Source: the human T2T-CHM13v2.0 reference genome, Homo sapiens
Strand: one strand, 5' to 3'
DNA length: 64,000 bases
Assembly (NCBI RefSeq): GCF_009914755.1
Contig: NC_060925.1
Positions 30,669-51,080 of this stretch are shown here, piece by piece (the first letter of the stretch is position 1; each line of letters opens with the position of its first letter). The position numbers and the translations under genes were made by a program. The notes beneath the pieces were generated by a model. It saw only the letters and a program-made list of their open reading frames with translations, was not told the origin of the DNA and did no database searches.

Positions 30669-30723
30669 AGAGCAAGATGACCCCAAGAGTAAGATGACCC
30701 CAAGAGCAAGACAGCTCCCAAGA
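30669..30723. repeat. 17-bp tandem repeat, about 3 copies (agagyaagatgacccca)
   Basis: Units start at 30669, 30686 and 30703; the third is degenerate. Confidence 0.8.
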
Positions 30724-30857
30724 ATGTGGTGATGGTGGGAAAACCTACTTCTTTCTCTTCAAATTGTAAGAAGGTAGTTCTTGAAACTTTGTATATAAAA
30801 TTATTAATGCCAATTTTAAGGAACTGATCAAAATATCAACTTTTGCCTCATTGGCTG

Positions 30858-31545
30858 ATGTGATGGCTAGTTTCATATGTCAACTTGGCTAGGCTCTAGT
30901 ACCCAGTTACTTAATGAAATATTAAGCTAGGTGTTGCTATAGAGGTATTTCATAGTTAACATCTACAATCAGTTGACTTTAAGTAAAGGAGACGATGCTA
31001 GATAATATGGGTGGGGCCCCATCCAGGTAGTTGAAGTCCTTTAAGAGCAAAACCCTGAAGAGAAAGAAATTCTGCCTCAAGACTATATCATCAGCCGGGC
31101 ATGATAGTTCATGCCTGTAATCTCAGTACTTTGGGAAGTCAAGGCAGGAGGATTGGTTGAGCCCAGGAGTTCGAGACTAGCCTGTGCAACACGGCAAGAC
31201 CCCATCTCTACAGTCAGAAATTAGCCTGGCGTGGTAGCATGAATCTGTTAGTCCCAGCTACTCGGGAGGCTGAGGCGGGAGGATTATTGGAGCCCAAGAG
31301 ATTCAGGCTGCAGTGAACCATGGTGGTGCCACTGCGTTTCAGCCAGGGTGATAGAACAAAACCCTGTCTCAACAAAAACAAAAACAAACCAAAAAGAACC
31401 CCTACAGCTTCAAGTTTTACATGAGTTTCCAGCCCGCTGGCGTGCCCTACAGATTTCAGACTTGCCAGCCCCCATAAGGATGTAAGCCAATCCCTTGAAA
31501 TAAATCTCCTTGATTCTGTTTCTCTAGAGAACTCTGACTGATAAA
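30858..31545. mobile_element. MLT2-type LTR with an inserted Alu (~31093-31395)
   Basis: tgtgatggctagtttcatatgtcaacttggctagg start and ctagagaactctgactgata end. Confidence 0.78.
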
Positions 31546-32777
31546 GCTGTTACCCAACATGCATTTAGGAAGTTACGACTACCATATTTAGTTAACTATC
31601 ACGTGGGCCAGTTGGCCAATATTACCATCATGCGGTGTGCAGGACAGCTGTCTTCTCTGCTTCATCTTAGTTCACACAGTCCAGATTTAAACATGCTTAC
31701 ACTCTCACATTCTTGCACAAAAACCTTTCAAATGACGTTTAACATCTTAATATTTACAAAGAAGTACCTGGGCCTGTGTTCACTCTTTCTACAGATTAAT
31801 GGCAATCACGTAGAACTGCGTAACTGAGAACTAAAACCTTTCCATCCAGCTGGCTGTGGGACAGCGAGTGGATAAAAGACAGGCCCAGCAGTTCCCACAA
31901 GAGGCAGAACGTGAATGCCTGGAATCTGAGAAGGGAACTTGGAGATTAAAGGAAAAGCATAGTGAGTATTCAAGAGCCAGGAAGCCTAGATTTTAACTCC
32001 AGGGTCTCTAGTCATTAGCTGGGGGGCCATACTCAGGCCAAGTTTCAGACTTGTCCTCAAAATGAGGATAATAAAAGCCAGCATCCCTACAAAAGGTGAG
32101 AATTAATTGAGATCCTGTATGTGAAAGCATTAATCAAAGCTCTATACCAATGGCACATCAGTGTTACCTTATCTCCTTTGGTCTCTTCAACCCCTATCAA
32201 TAATATCCAGAAATAGAAAACTGGACAATGAGAACATGTGCTAAAGACTATTTCTATGCCCTTCTCTGCATTAATTCCCATAGGAGGTGTGATTTTATGG
32301 AAAACAAAATATGTTATATTCACTCCCTCCACCCCATGTTTATACAGTTATAATGGTTCAATTTAGTCCCTATCTATGGAGAAACATGTCATTGTGTGGG
32401 AAACATATATAATAATATACTCTTCACCATATAATAAGCTCTTCACCAACTTTCGGGGTTTGAGAGAGCTTCTTGTCTGGGGTGGAAGTGAGGGAAGAGG
32501 GCAGGATGGGGCAAATGGAGTCTTAAACCCTTCAGCTGATAGTAGTTTAGGAAAGAGACACCGATCATCATCTTCATAGCAATTAGAAACCTAGAGAGGT
32601 GGGAAGAACTCTGGATAATAAGTCATGAAAATTAGATTCTAGTCCTGACTCTGCTACTAAAAAGTTACACGACGTTAGAAAAATTTACTATCCATGGGTC
32701 TGGTTTTCTAATTTATGAAATGAGGCAGTTTGGACTAAATTAGCTTTACCTAAAGTATGTTCCTCTGAATATTAATA

Positions 32778-33375
<598 letters not shown>

Positions 33376-36107
33376 ATACACAGTATACAATATTTCCCAA
33401 TGTATGTGGTCATAAAATCACTTGTGCAAGGAGGATTTCCAGAAGTAGCAGTCTGAGGAACTTACTTTGAGAAACATTAACCTAGAAAATCTATAAAGTG
33501 CCTTTTAATTCTAATGTTCTTATTCTATAAAGCTGGGATGGTGCCAAGAAAGTGGACATTTGCCAGTTGTATGAATGACGTGCTAGAGTAGAAAATAGTT
33601 TTTATTTTACCAGCATCTCCTTTAAACTTTCTCCTCTTTTAATGGCGTCACTATTCTTGCTGTCAGCCAAGCTGGAAACTTCAGTACTTTAGGGGCCACT
33701 TTGACTCTTGGCCATCAATCTGTCCATTGCTAAATCCTGACAATTCATCCTTTATGGTGTCTCTGAAACTCATTTCTATGTCACTAATCCTGTTTCCGGG
33801 CTTTACTGATGGACCTGTGTTTTGATTGTTGTTTTGCTGGTGGAAACACTGAAAATTTCTCTAGCAAAGACAGGAAAAGTCTCCTTCTCTCTGCCGGTCT
33901 ATTCTTTACCTTCACACCAGAGGTTTTTCTTGCAAACCATGAATCTAATCAGATTACTCCTCTTCTCAAATATTTTCAAACGTCCTACAGTGTCACAGAA
34001 TAAAATTTTAAATTCTTCAAAGTCAGTCAATGTCCAGGCCTAACTTTCCTTTCTTATCTCTATAAGCCAAGCTCCCTGCTCCTTAAAGATATCTTATTTC
34101 ATGCTTTTTCATCTCTTTTCACATAATTTTCTGTCCTTGAGATTCCTCCCCCTTATCTTTTATTAAAACACTTGTCTCCAATAAAACATTTGTATCACTC
34201 AAGACCCAGCTCTAATGCGACCTCTTCTTTGAAACCTTCCCTTGCACCCTTATTTAGATGTGAGCTCTCCCCTCTCTGTACTTGGCTAGTACCTATCTCA
34301 TCTAATGTGCCCCCTCCTGGTATTATGATGATCTATAAAGTCATGCTAATCATTCTTCAGATAATAAATTTATTGAACACAGGGGTATAGGGAATGACTG
34401 GACTAGGCACAAAAACTGCAGCCAGTTCAATCATCTCTGATCTCATTCATTCAATCAGTCATTCAACAACTATTTATTATGTGCTAGGTACTGGGGAACA
34501 TAAACATGGTTAAGACCTTACCATCAATCCCTTGGTTGCCCTAGTCCGGTTCCTAGTCCTCTCCTTCAGGAGAGGCCCCATTGCAGGTCCATCCCAAATC
34601 ACTCACATCTTCTTGAGCCAGTTCACAGTTCACAGTTACTCTGTTCAAACAGTAACGGCACAAGCCCCAAATGCCACTGTTGAATGTCCTTTTTGTCCAG
34701 GTGGTAAGTGTTCTCTCATTTGAGATCCTTAATGTTTCTTAAAAACTCAACATTAAAAGACACCTGTCCTTTGATCAAATCTCCAAAGCCTCATTTTCAG
34801 ATTCATCCTATTAAGGCTCTGGAACAAGCCTGCACCAAACCCTCCACAAACCCTGATGCACTTACTTGAGTATTATTTACTGTAACCTTCATGAATGTGC
34901 AATAAACACACAGAAGTTCCCAAGGCTGAAGGCTGGAAAGACATGGCAGGATGATAAATAAGCTTTGATGATGATTTCAATGGATGGTAATTTCTTGCTT
35001 CCACAGAGACTCCACAAACACAGCTGTCAGAAGTGCATTGTGTAAATCAGATGCTAATTAAATTAAATTCCCACTGGAATTAAGGCAGCAAAGTATTTTG
35101 TCTTGTTTTCTTGCAAACTAGGCCTCTCAATCAAGACAGCTGGAGCACTGGCATTTCAGGTACGTGGAGGCAACAGCTGCAATGAAGCAAAGCAACTGCT
35201 TTCATGATTAAATTGCCATCAGTAGAAGGAAAAGAGATGCCATTTTTGACATTAGTAATGTTAAAAATTCAAACAATCCAGCAGAAGCAGAGCTGGACTA
35301 GGAAAGAAGAGGTCTGGGTTCTGATGTAAGTTTTGGGGAAATCATTTTATGACTCTAAGCTTCAGTTCCCAGCTTCTTCTCCCCTCCTTCCTTCCTTTTC
35401 TCCTTCTTTTGTTTCTTCTGCTAAATATTTATTGAATGCCAACTACTGCCAGGCAATGTACTGGGTCCTGAAGACCCAAATACATAGGACATTTTTTGTC
35501 CTCTCGATGTTCCTGGTCTTTTTGAAGAACCAGGGGCTGGGACTCTATGGTCTTGGCACCTTCTGGGAGTTCTATCATTCTAAATATAAACTTTTTTAAA
35601 ACCAGCATTTAGGTGATATTGACTTCACACCACTTCTCTGCTGAGGGATACAGAAGATACATCCCTGACCCTGCCTTTAGTTTTTAGTCTAGTGAGAAAC
35701 CAAAGCACACATGACTGGAAAGACATTTGATATTCCACAGCCAGAAATAAGCGGGTGTAAGAAAATATTGCCTAAATTATGTAGAGAAGGACTGAAGCAG
35801 AAGTTTGAGTAAAGAAGTCATTCAATGAATGCTTTTTAATCATTCATTCAATACTTCATGAAACATTTACTAAATACTTACTATGTGCCAGGTTCTGTGT
35901 TGTGTGCTGGGGATACCAAGGAGGCAGTCTCTGCCATCAAGGAGCCTCCAGCTAATTGGGCAGGCAAATTTCTACAATGTTAATTATGGTAAAATATGGT
36001 TACAGCAATGTTAGAATCATTAGCAATCATTACAATAGGACGCATGGCATGGGAAGAGGTTTACTTGAAAAACAAACTCAAAGCACTACTGAAAGTATTC
36101 TATCTCA

Positions 36108-36870
<763 letters not shown>

Positions 36871-37380
36871 CCCCATTAATATCTTAAGACTTAAAATCCT
36901 AGAGAAAGTAACTGTGTGTTGTGTATTTGTTTTGTGCAAGGTAGATCCCAGTATAGGGTAGCAATATCTCTCACAAATACAATCTGATGCTAATGATTAT
37001 TTACTCAAGAATACATGATGTTATAATAATTAAAATGGAAGACAAACTGGTATATTCATAAAATGGAATACAACCCAACAATAAAAAGGAATGAGCTACG
37101 AATATGTATACATGCAACAAGACTAAATCTCAAAAACTAGAATAGGCAAAACTAATCTATGATTGAAAAAAATTAAAACAGTGATTTCTCGTGGGAAGTA
37201 GGGGAGGGGATTGATTGGGTAGTGGCATGAAGGAACTCTCTGGGGTCACGGTAATGTTCTATCTTGTTAGCAGTTTATATTACAAAGATCTGTACATTGG
37301 GTCACACAATGCATACTTAAGATTTGTGCATTTTGTTTAATACAAATTTTACCCCAAATGAAATTTGTAAGAAGTATTAA

Positions 37381-39883
<2,503 letters not shown>

Positions 39884-40319
39884 AATCTGTATGCTCAGGT
39901 ATTTAGAAGGAAATATACTGATGTCTGAAATTTACTTTCAAATGGATCAAAAATAAGATGGATTCATGGATGGATAGGAGGATGAATAGATGGATAGATA
40001 TATCATAAAGCAAGTATAGTATAAAAAAAATTTTTTTGAGACAGAGTCTTGCTCTGTTGCCCAGGCTGGAGTGCAGTGGTGTGATCTCAACTGACAGTAA
40101 AATATTAATGATAGAATCAAGATGCTATGAATATAAGGGTATTCACTATCATAGTCTTTGAACTTGGCTGTATTTCTTTATAAAATTTGGGGGCGGAAAG
40201 GATACATGATGGTCCCAAATTGCTGATACCTGTTGGGTGCTCTCTTACAGAAACTGTGCATCTTTCTAAGTCCTAGTGTAAGATAGAGCACCTGGGATCC
40301 TGTGTGGTAGCAGTTCCTA

Positions 40320-40657
<338 letters not shown>

Positions 40658-42496
40658 TCACATATCACAGAGACACCCTTGGGGATCTTGATTTCAAGAG
40701 GCTTGGAATGGGAACCTGGATATTTGTGTCTATAAAAGCACTCCTAGTAAGTTTTATATGAACCCCTGGTGTGATCTCCTACCACAAGGAATGAATTTCT
40801 ATGCCTACCAAATAGGCTCTAGAATAAAAATAAAAATAAACCCTACAACAATGGGATTGTTAAGCACCCTCTGGGATCCCTCCTTGGTTTGTAAACAAAA
40901 TGATCTAAGTGATGGTGCGACAGCCTCCTCCAGCAGGGCCATCATAGCAGCTTGGGCACATCATTTATACCCAGCAAGCGAAAGGGCGTTAAAAGCACGA
41001 CCACATTGTGGTGTACCTTTCATCTCAGGAGCTCTAATACCAGAGGAAAGACAGTACCTAGGTTGGGGATGAAAAGAGGGTAGGAGAACTTGGGTAGGAA
41101 GTGGTTAACCAGGCTCCAGGTTTTTGGCAGCTTATTTCTACTCCCTGGTTTCTAAATGGAAGTAGGATTTGCTAAATTCCCCCTTCTTGCCTTTCATTTC
41201 TCCTTTCCCCTGCCCTCTTCTCACATCTCCTGACACCTTTACCACTTTAAAATGCAAATACGAGGACAATACATATGTGGCTATGTCTGTATCTGCTTTC
41301 TGCCCCTTTCTCTCCCACTAAGGCTCTGGAAGGCCATTCTGTTCTGTACATTTGTAGTATCCATAACACCTAGCATAGGACCTATGCGTATGGAAGGCAC
41401 AACAATGAATTTAATTAAAAAGATAAGGTCAAGATTAGAGGTGAAAGGTGGGTGGTGTCTATTTTTCACCTAATCTAAAGAGCAAATGAAAATTTTGACA
41501 TTTTTCCATGGCCCTGAATGTACTACTGTAAGTCAATTCTGTGTCATCAGTAGCTATATTTTCCTATGTCACATATTTTTGAAGGCATAACAATTCAGAA
41601 GTTATCCAGTAGTGACATTTAGTGAGCTGACTTTAATTACTATGTGAAGTTGGCAGTTTTTTATACAGGCTTTCCTAGTTTCCAACAGAGCTGAAAAAAA
41701 GCATTGTTCCGAGTTGATATTTCTGGAGGAAGAAATTTAAAATTGCCCCTATTACTCCAAAGGAAAAAACAACGCACTAATCTGTATAGGAAACCTAATG
41801 GAGCAAGCCATTTTCAATGGTTAGACCATTACTGCTCTCCCCAGTCCACTTAAAAAGTATGTTATAATGTTTGTCTTTGCCTAGGACTCAACCTACAAAA
41901 ATATTACACTCCATTTCACTGGAAGCTGCTGTAGACTGACTCCTGTGGTGAACATCTGGAAATGTGCCCCAGAGTAGGGGAAAAAAGAAAAAGAAAAAGA
42001 AAATCTTTCATTTGCCACTGTAGAAACAAAGATTAAAAAGCTTAGACTGGGGAGCCATAAATTAGAGAATAAACAATAAGGTAGTGTATAAAAGGACAAA
42101 AAAGTAGATTTTAAAAAAGGTTAGCAACTTCCAAGAAACAGCCAAATAAATGGTTTCCAAATTAGTAGATACAACTACTAACTCAGCATTTCCTATAGTG
42201 TGATCCTTAGAATACCAGTCCCACAAAATGCGCCATTAAAACACACACACACACACACACACACCCCACCACCACCACCAGGTCAAATAAAATTGGGAAA
42301 TGCTACATATCACAATCCCTTCTTGCAGATTTACAATATGTTTTTTACCTCTGAGATGTCCTGCAGTAGAGAATCCTATTTCACTTTGCTTAACTCAGAG
42401 TGTCTTAAACTTTGACCACCAATTAACAGCTATTTATATCCCACAGAACTAGTGTTCTAAGGCAGTGGTTCTTGAACTCTTTGGTCTCAGGACTGC

Positions 42497-43210
42497 TGTA
42501 TTAGCTTGGGTCCAAAAAGGAGAGAGAAACCATATGGTAATTTGAACAGGGAATGTTTACTATAAAGAATTATTACTATAACATGGGATTGGCTAGTAAG
42601 AAGTACAGAGAACTCTAAAGAATATAAAAATAGCAGATAGAAGCAGCATTCACTAATTTCCCTAGGACTGACATAGAGTATACAAAGGAAGAGCCCTCAT
42701 AATTCAGGGCTTAGATCCAAACCTTATTGGAGAAGGCAAGGCCCTGGCTCACTGAGTGGCAGAGAAATCACTATGGTTAATGTTGGTGGAACTTGCTGGA
42801 AACTTGCTCTCTGAAATTGCTGGAGAATTGCCCTTTAGGGTGCTGGGAAAAGCTGTTCATGGAGAGGTGTCTCAGTGGAGGCATTCTGTTACAAAACCAC
42901 CCGGGGGAAGGGATGTTGGGGACATTGCTGTCTGCTGGGTGCACATCAGAGGCCTGGTGCTGGAGAAGCTGCCTGTGCTGCAGGAGCAAGGTGGTAGTGA
43001 AGCCATGTGTATGCTGCAGGAGCCTCTGGAGAGATCATGTCAGAATCAGGAAGGAAAACATCCTCCTTCTTCAATGTCTCTCTAGCTCCCTCTACTGACA
43101 AAGGTTACTGCCAACTAACAAAAGGGTAAAAATTAAAGGGCCCAGATCCGTCTTCACAGAGCAGACAAGGAAGGGTGAATATGGAAATGAGAGGCAATTG
43201 ATAATCAGCA
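42497..43210. mobile_element. Probable ancient solo LTR (family not assigned)
   Basis: TG..CA-bounded ~710-bp block (tgtattagcttggg..taatcagca), richer in GC than its flanks. Confidence 0.45.
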
Positions 43211-43567
43211 TGGTTGCAACAATTTGAAATTATATATTCATATATTACTTAGTAGCTAATGTTCATTGATCATTTTTCATGTGCCAGGCATCATGTTAAC
43301 TACTTTATGTCAATTGTTTAATCCACACAAGTCTTTAAAAAGTACTATTCTACCACCATTTTACATATGACACAACCAAGGAATATAAAAATTAAACTGT
43401 CCAATGTCATAGAGCCAGCAAGTGGCAGATCTAAGATTCAAACCCAGGCATGTGAATTCAGTCTCTCTCTCTCACCTGAGATTAGGGAGCAGTTTTGCTT
43501 TGTGCAATGCTGTCTCTGCTGTGCCTACATAAAGAAAAAATTCATAAACATTTATTGAGTGTATGGT

Positions 43568-43797
43568 TCAGTGTTTCTCAACCTTTATATATCATTGTCC
43601 CCGAAGGAGCCTTTTCAGACATCTTTTCTGAATTGTCTCCCACTGTGAAATTTTAATGCTGTACATATACTTTATATACATATTTATGTACTGTTTGTAT
43701 ATCTGTACTTTATACGTAAAAAGAGCAAGACTCCTGCCCCCAACCTTGAACCAATTTTTGCTTCCTTGGGGGGAGTATCACTCCTGTTGAATATGCT
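43568..43797. mobile_element. hAT-type DNA transposon remnant (MER96B-like)
   Basis: cagtgtttctcaacc terminus; AT-rich core. Confidence 0.5.
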
Positions 43798-44339
43798 TTA
43801 AAAAAAAATGATAGCTATACAAGTGGCATGGATTTCATGCCATGCAGATCAGGAAAGGTATGCATGGACTAAGGAATATGAACTTGGGTGAGTCACTTCA
43901 CCTCTTGGCCTCAATTTCCAGGACTAACAGGGTGTTAGTTCAAATGTCCACATGGTCCAAGTTTGTAACATAAATATGTTAATTAAGCCAGTGTAAAAAT
44001 ATTATGTGGGAGAGACCATGGAAAACTAGAAACACTAAATCTGGTTAGAGCCATTTGCATTAAATTTTTGAATAACACCGTGCCTGCCAAGCAAAACACT
44101 TCTATAGGCTGGGTTTGTCCCCAAAGGCTGCCAGTTTGAAATCTTTGGACTAAAGCCCCATTTTAACTCTAAGATTCTTTGTCTTTAATTAAGTAAATAA
44201 ATGACTCATGGTACCTCTTTGTCACTATGAAAGTTGGAGAAGTTGTGTGGCTTCCAGGTTTTTCTCTTATGAACAGTATTGCCAAAACCATTCTTGTACA
44301 TGTTTCGTGATGTTCATATGTAAGAATTTCTCTTGGATG

Positions 44340-45537
<1,198 letters not shown>

Positions 45538-45972
45538 TGGGTATATGGCTAGGAATTGATTATGTCTTTTTGGTTCTCTTACTATTTAAAAAAACTGCAT
45601 GTATTACATTGTTGAAAAATAATATAATTTTAAACAGCAACCAAGAAAACAAGCATTTAAATATTTTTTACAGGAGTGCAGGAGACTGAATGTAAGGCCC
45701 TGATACCCTCCTTCTGCTCCACTCCAGCTACCAACCACCTGTCCTGAGTGGATGATCTGAGAGGGCAGCAGGCAAGTACATTTTGGAGGATATGAACAAG
45801 GCCTGGGGCTCTGCCACAGCAGGGGCATAGAAAGTCTTGAAAGAACTTTATTCCCCTCTGGATCCTACCAGATGTTGAAGATCTACAGCAAAGCTCTGGG
45901 GCAGAGATTAGAGTGTGTGAATTATGGGTTTTCTTAGAGGAAGGGGAGCCACAGCCTGTGTAAGTGTTGTGT

Positions 45973-45996
45973 GGGGGGCGGGGGGCGGGGGGGCGG
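45973..45996 (+). promoter_or_regulatory. Triple GC-box / G-quadruplex-prone tract G6CG6CG7CGG
   Basis: Three GGGCGG motifs in tandem; function is inferred only. Confidence 0.4.
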
Positions 45997-46204
45997 TGAG
46001 CGAGGATCATCTGGTTTCCCTGGCCCCTAGGTGGGGACCATGGAGCGAACTGGAGAAGCAGGCTGGGTCCTTCCTACTCCTGAGGCTGGCAGAGCACACT
46101 CTATAGCTGAGGAGACTGGAAGTTAAAGGGTTTCTTCACAAGCAACTGACAACTTGCCAGCTGTATGTGTCTTCTTCTCTCTCTCTCTCTCTTTTCTTTC
46201 TTTC

Positions 46205-46509
<305 letters not shown>

Positions 46510-48980
46510 GTGTATGTGTCTTCTTATTGCTCACTGAATGGCTGCTGCTGAAAGCACACTAAGGAAGTAGATCTGAGTCCCAAGGGTGAATAAAGCCATG
46601 TGAAGGCAAAATTATATAACGCTGCACTCAGGAAGACTAACAGCCAGATAGAAACAACAAGCAGAATACACAGAACAGGCAACTTCTAGGAAATGGAACT
46701 TGAACAAAAAATTACAGCAAAGTACTTTCTAGAACTAAAAAGAAGAACTCTTATATTCAAAATTTAGTAGATAAATTGAAGGGAAAAGATACTCACTGTT
46801 GAAACACTAATTAGTTCCCCAAAAGCTCAAGTTGAAGCAGTATCTCAAAGCCCAGGGCAAAAAATATAGAGAAGGAAATGTGGTACAGAAAACAAAAACA
46901 GATGGATTGCCTGAGGCCGGAAGTTTGAGACCAGCCTGGCCACATGGCAAAACCCCGTCTCTACTAAAAATACACAAATTAGTTGAGCGTGGTGGCTCAC
47001 AGCTGTCATCTCAGCTTCTTGGAAGGCTGTTATGAGAATTGCTTGAACCCAGGAGGCGGAGGTTGCAGTGAGCTGAGATTGTACCACTACACTCCAGCCT
47101 GTGCAACAGAACAAGACTCTGTCTCAAAAAAGTAGAAGAAAATAAAATAATAAAAATAAAAGATTGGAATGACAAATCCAAAAGATCTTACATGTGAAAA
47201 ATAGTAGTGGGAAAGATGGATAAATAGGGGAACATATAGCATTTTTAGGATGGGAAAACTACCCTGTATGATACTATAATGGTAGATACATGTCACTATA
47301 CACTTGTCTAAACCCAAAGAAAGTACACCAAGAGTGTGTCCTAGAATATGGACTTTGGGTGATAATGATGTGACCATGTAGTCTCATTGATTACAACAAA
47401 TGCCCCACTCTGTAGGGGTGCACGATGGGGGAGGTTGTGCACCTGTTGGGGCAGGAGGTCTATGGGAAATTTTTGTACCTTACAACTCAGTTTTGCAGTG
47501 CACATAAAACCGCTCTAAAAATAAAGTCTATTAATAAAAATAGGAGTACAAAAAAGAGTGGGTAAAGGGATAGATGGGAAAAAGACAAAAATTAAACAAC
47601 AGAGGAAAATTTCCCTGACCTAAAGAAACACTTGAGGCTGCAAATTTCAAGAGTTCAATAAGTATTACATAGAATTTATGATAAAAAAGATGTGTACCTA
47701 GACATATACTGGTTAAATAAATGACTTACAAGACATCAAATATAAACATTATTTACAAATAAAAAGAAATTAGATTGTCATTGGATTTTCATCTGTTGCA
47801 CTAGAAACTAGAAAATAATAAAATAACATCCAGTTTCCTGGGAAAAAAAGAGAACTGATACCCAGGACTACTACATAGCTAGAACTCAGTGGTTTTGCCA
47901 CACCTATTGTTAAAATATTAAAATATTGACCATTTGTGATGGCTCACGCCTGTAATCCCAGCACTTTGGGAGGCCGAGGCAGGCGGATCACCTGAGGCCA
48001 GGAGTTCCAGACCAGCCTGGCCAACATGGCGAAACCCTGTCTCTACTAAAAATAAATAAATTAGCCAGGTGTGGTGGCATGCACCTGTAGTCACAGCTAC
48101 TTGGGAGGCTGAGGCAGAAGAATTGCTTGAACTCAGGAGGCAGAGGTTGCAGTGAGCCAAGATCACGCCACTACACTCCAACCTGGGTGACAGAGCGAGA
48201 TTCCATCTCAAAAAAAAAAAATTAAAATATTTTCACACTGTCTATGAAATAGCTTTGTCCCTGATCATCTCCCCACCAGCCCTTTCTACTCCTACCCTGT
48301 TCTACAGGATTCAGCAACTAAGGAGTTAATGCCTGGCACACCTTTCTTATTGACTGGCCAGTCTCTGGTTTAGTATTTAAACATCATTACTGCTTCAAAG
48401 ATACCACCTGACAGGGGAATGAAAGTTATTAGATAATAAACCACTCATGTATCTCATCTGAAGAAAATATTTGAGAAAGAACGCCAGCCAAATAAGAAAA
48501 AAATCAAAACAGAGATTTCAAGAGAGAAGAAGAAAAGAGATGAAAACAATGATGAGAAATGAGCCTTGCAATATGTACTAAAATTTAAATAGATAATGAT
48601 AGAGTGGGATTATATAGGCAGAATTCGAATTTTTGAAATAGAAAATATTTTCTGCAAGAGAAAATTTACTACAAAGTTAAAATTACACGTACCAGATTAT
48701 CTCAGCAAAACCTAGGGATAGAGGAAAGAGAAAGAAGGGAAGTAAACCAACTCTTGGGTCTCATCTTTTTTTGGGGCAGGGGAACAGATATGGACAATGG
48801 GCATAACATTCTAAGGGTTTCATATTCTTAGGGAGGGAGACCAGTGGTAAGTAGAGCACCTGGGTGGGGACAGGTGGCATCTTTTTTGATGAAATAGTCA
48901 AGAAATATATTTGATTATAAATGTCAGAGAAGAGAAGATAGCTATCAGAAATGGGAAAATATGGTAAAACTTTCCAATTA

Positions 48981-49289
<309 letters not shown>

Positions 49290-51080
49290 TTAAACAAAAC
49301 AAAAACAAAAAAACCCTACAAGAATTATATAGGAATTTTGTTACACCACCAAAAACAATGAAAAGGGAAAAGAAAAACCACAAATCAAAGTACCTAATAA
49401 AAATAAAGATGGAAGTGATGAAAAGAAGCACATCAGTTATTTTACTATGTATGAAGAGGATACTTTTATCCATTTGAGACATAGAAACTTTTTGATACAG
49501 TAAAAACCAAAAATAAGTATATTTGATTATAAATGTCAGATATATCAACATATCACTCTTAAGGTGACAAAGATTAACAATAAAAGGATGGACAAATAAC
49601 ACTAGACAAAATGCAAACAAAAAGAAATCAGGAATGGCAACTAGGTGGAATGTAAGTTTAGAAGCTTGAAACAGGATAAAGGAGAATATTATATAACAAT
49701 AAAAGACACAATCTACAAAGAAGATGTGTAATAATTACGTATATACTAAACAGCTTTGCATTATATATGAAGCCAAAGGTAATTAAAATATGAAACTTTG
49801 ATAAAAAATATACAATTACTCTGAGAGATTTTAACTCATGTCTTTCAGATCAATAGATACAGTAGTAAAAAATGTAAGACATATAAAGACTGAATAATGC
49901 AAAAGTCCAAAGTTTTATGTCCTATAAATGGAGAACTATTTTATTGTTTGTGAAGCATTTTCCAAAGTTGGTATTACCTTGACCATAAAGGTTGTTAATA
50001 AAAATTTTAAAGTAGATATTTTTTCAGGCAAAATTCTTTAATCAAATACCAATTACATTAAATATAAATAACTAAAGGATGGTAATTGTATTTTTTTCTA
50101 CTTGAAAATTAAAAAGTGTCTTTCTAAATAAATCCTGGATCAAAAAAGAACCAATAAAAAACTATGCTTTTAGTTAGGAAGACAATATAATCTTCCAAAT
50201 ATTAATAGGCATATACAATATATTTCAATGAGATTCACTTTTCTATTCTTTTTTCTTCAGAGATGGGGTCATGTTATGTTAGCCAGGTTAGTCTTGAGCT
50301 CCTGGCCTCAAGCAATCCTCCTGCCTCAGCCTCCCAAAGTGCTAGGATTCCAGGCAAGAACCACTGCACCGGGCCACTATTATATTCTTTAATGAGATAA
50401 AATGATCTTAAAGCTTTTATAGAAGACTAAAGGTTAAAGACTTTTTAAAAATTGTGAAAAAGAAGAATACTGAGAGATACTTCCCTTTCCAGATATTAAA
50501 ACATATTTTAAGATCTAGTACTAAAATGTTATGGTAGTTGCTCATTATCATTGTGATTGACCCTCTTTATCCCTAGTAATATTTCTCACTCAGATGTCTA
50601 CTTTGTCTGTATTAATATAGCCACTCTAGCTTTCTTTCGATTAGGGTTTGCATAAGATGACTTTTTTTTTCACTGTTTTACCTTTAGCTTACATGTGTCT
50701 ATATTTAAAGTGGGTTTCTTGTGGACAACATATAGCTGGGTCTTACTTTTCAACCAGTCTGACAATGTTTGTCTTTCAGTTGGGGTGTATAGACCATTTA
50801 CATTTAACATACTTGTTAATATGGTTGGGGTTCTATTTTTTTTTTATGTGTTTTATCTGGGTTTTTTGTTCTCTTTTTCCTCTTACCCTTCCTTCTTTTG
50901 GATTAAGTATGACTTTATCTCCTTTATTGGCCTATTAGCTATAACTCTTTGTTCTTAATGTTAATTTACTGGTTGCCTTATAGTGTGCATCTTTAACATA
51001 TCACAGTCTACATTCAAGTGATATTATACCACTTCACATGTGATATAAGAAGCTTACTTCTATCAACAATACATCAAAGA

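Noticed and set aside
30669-30723. Short direct repeats as a CRISPR-like array
   Set aside because: Adjacent tandem units without spacers in eukaryotic DNA; a simple minisatellite.
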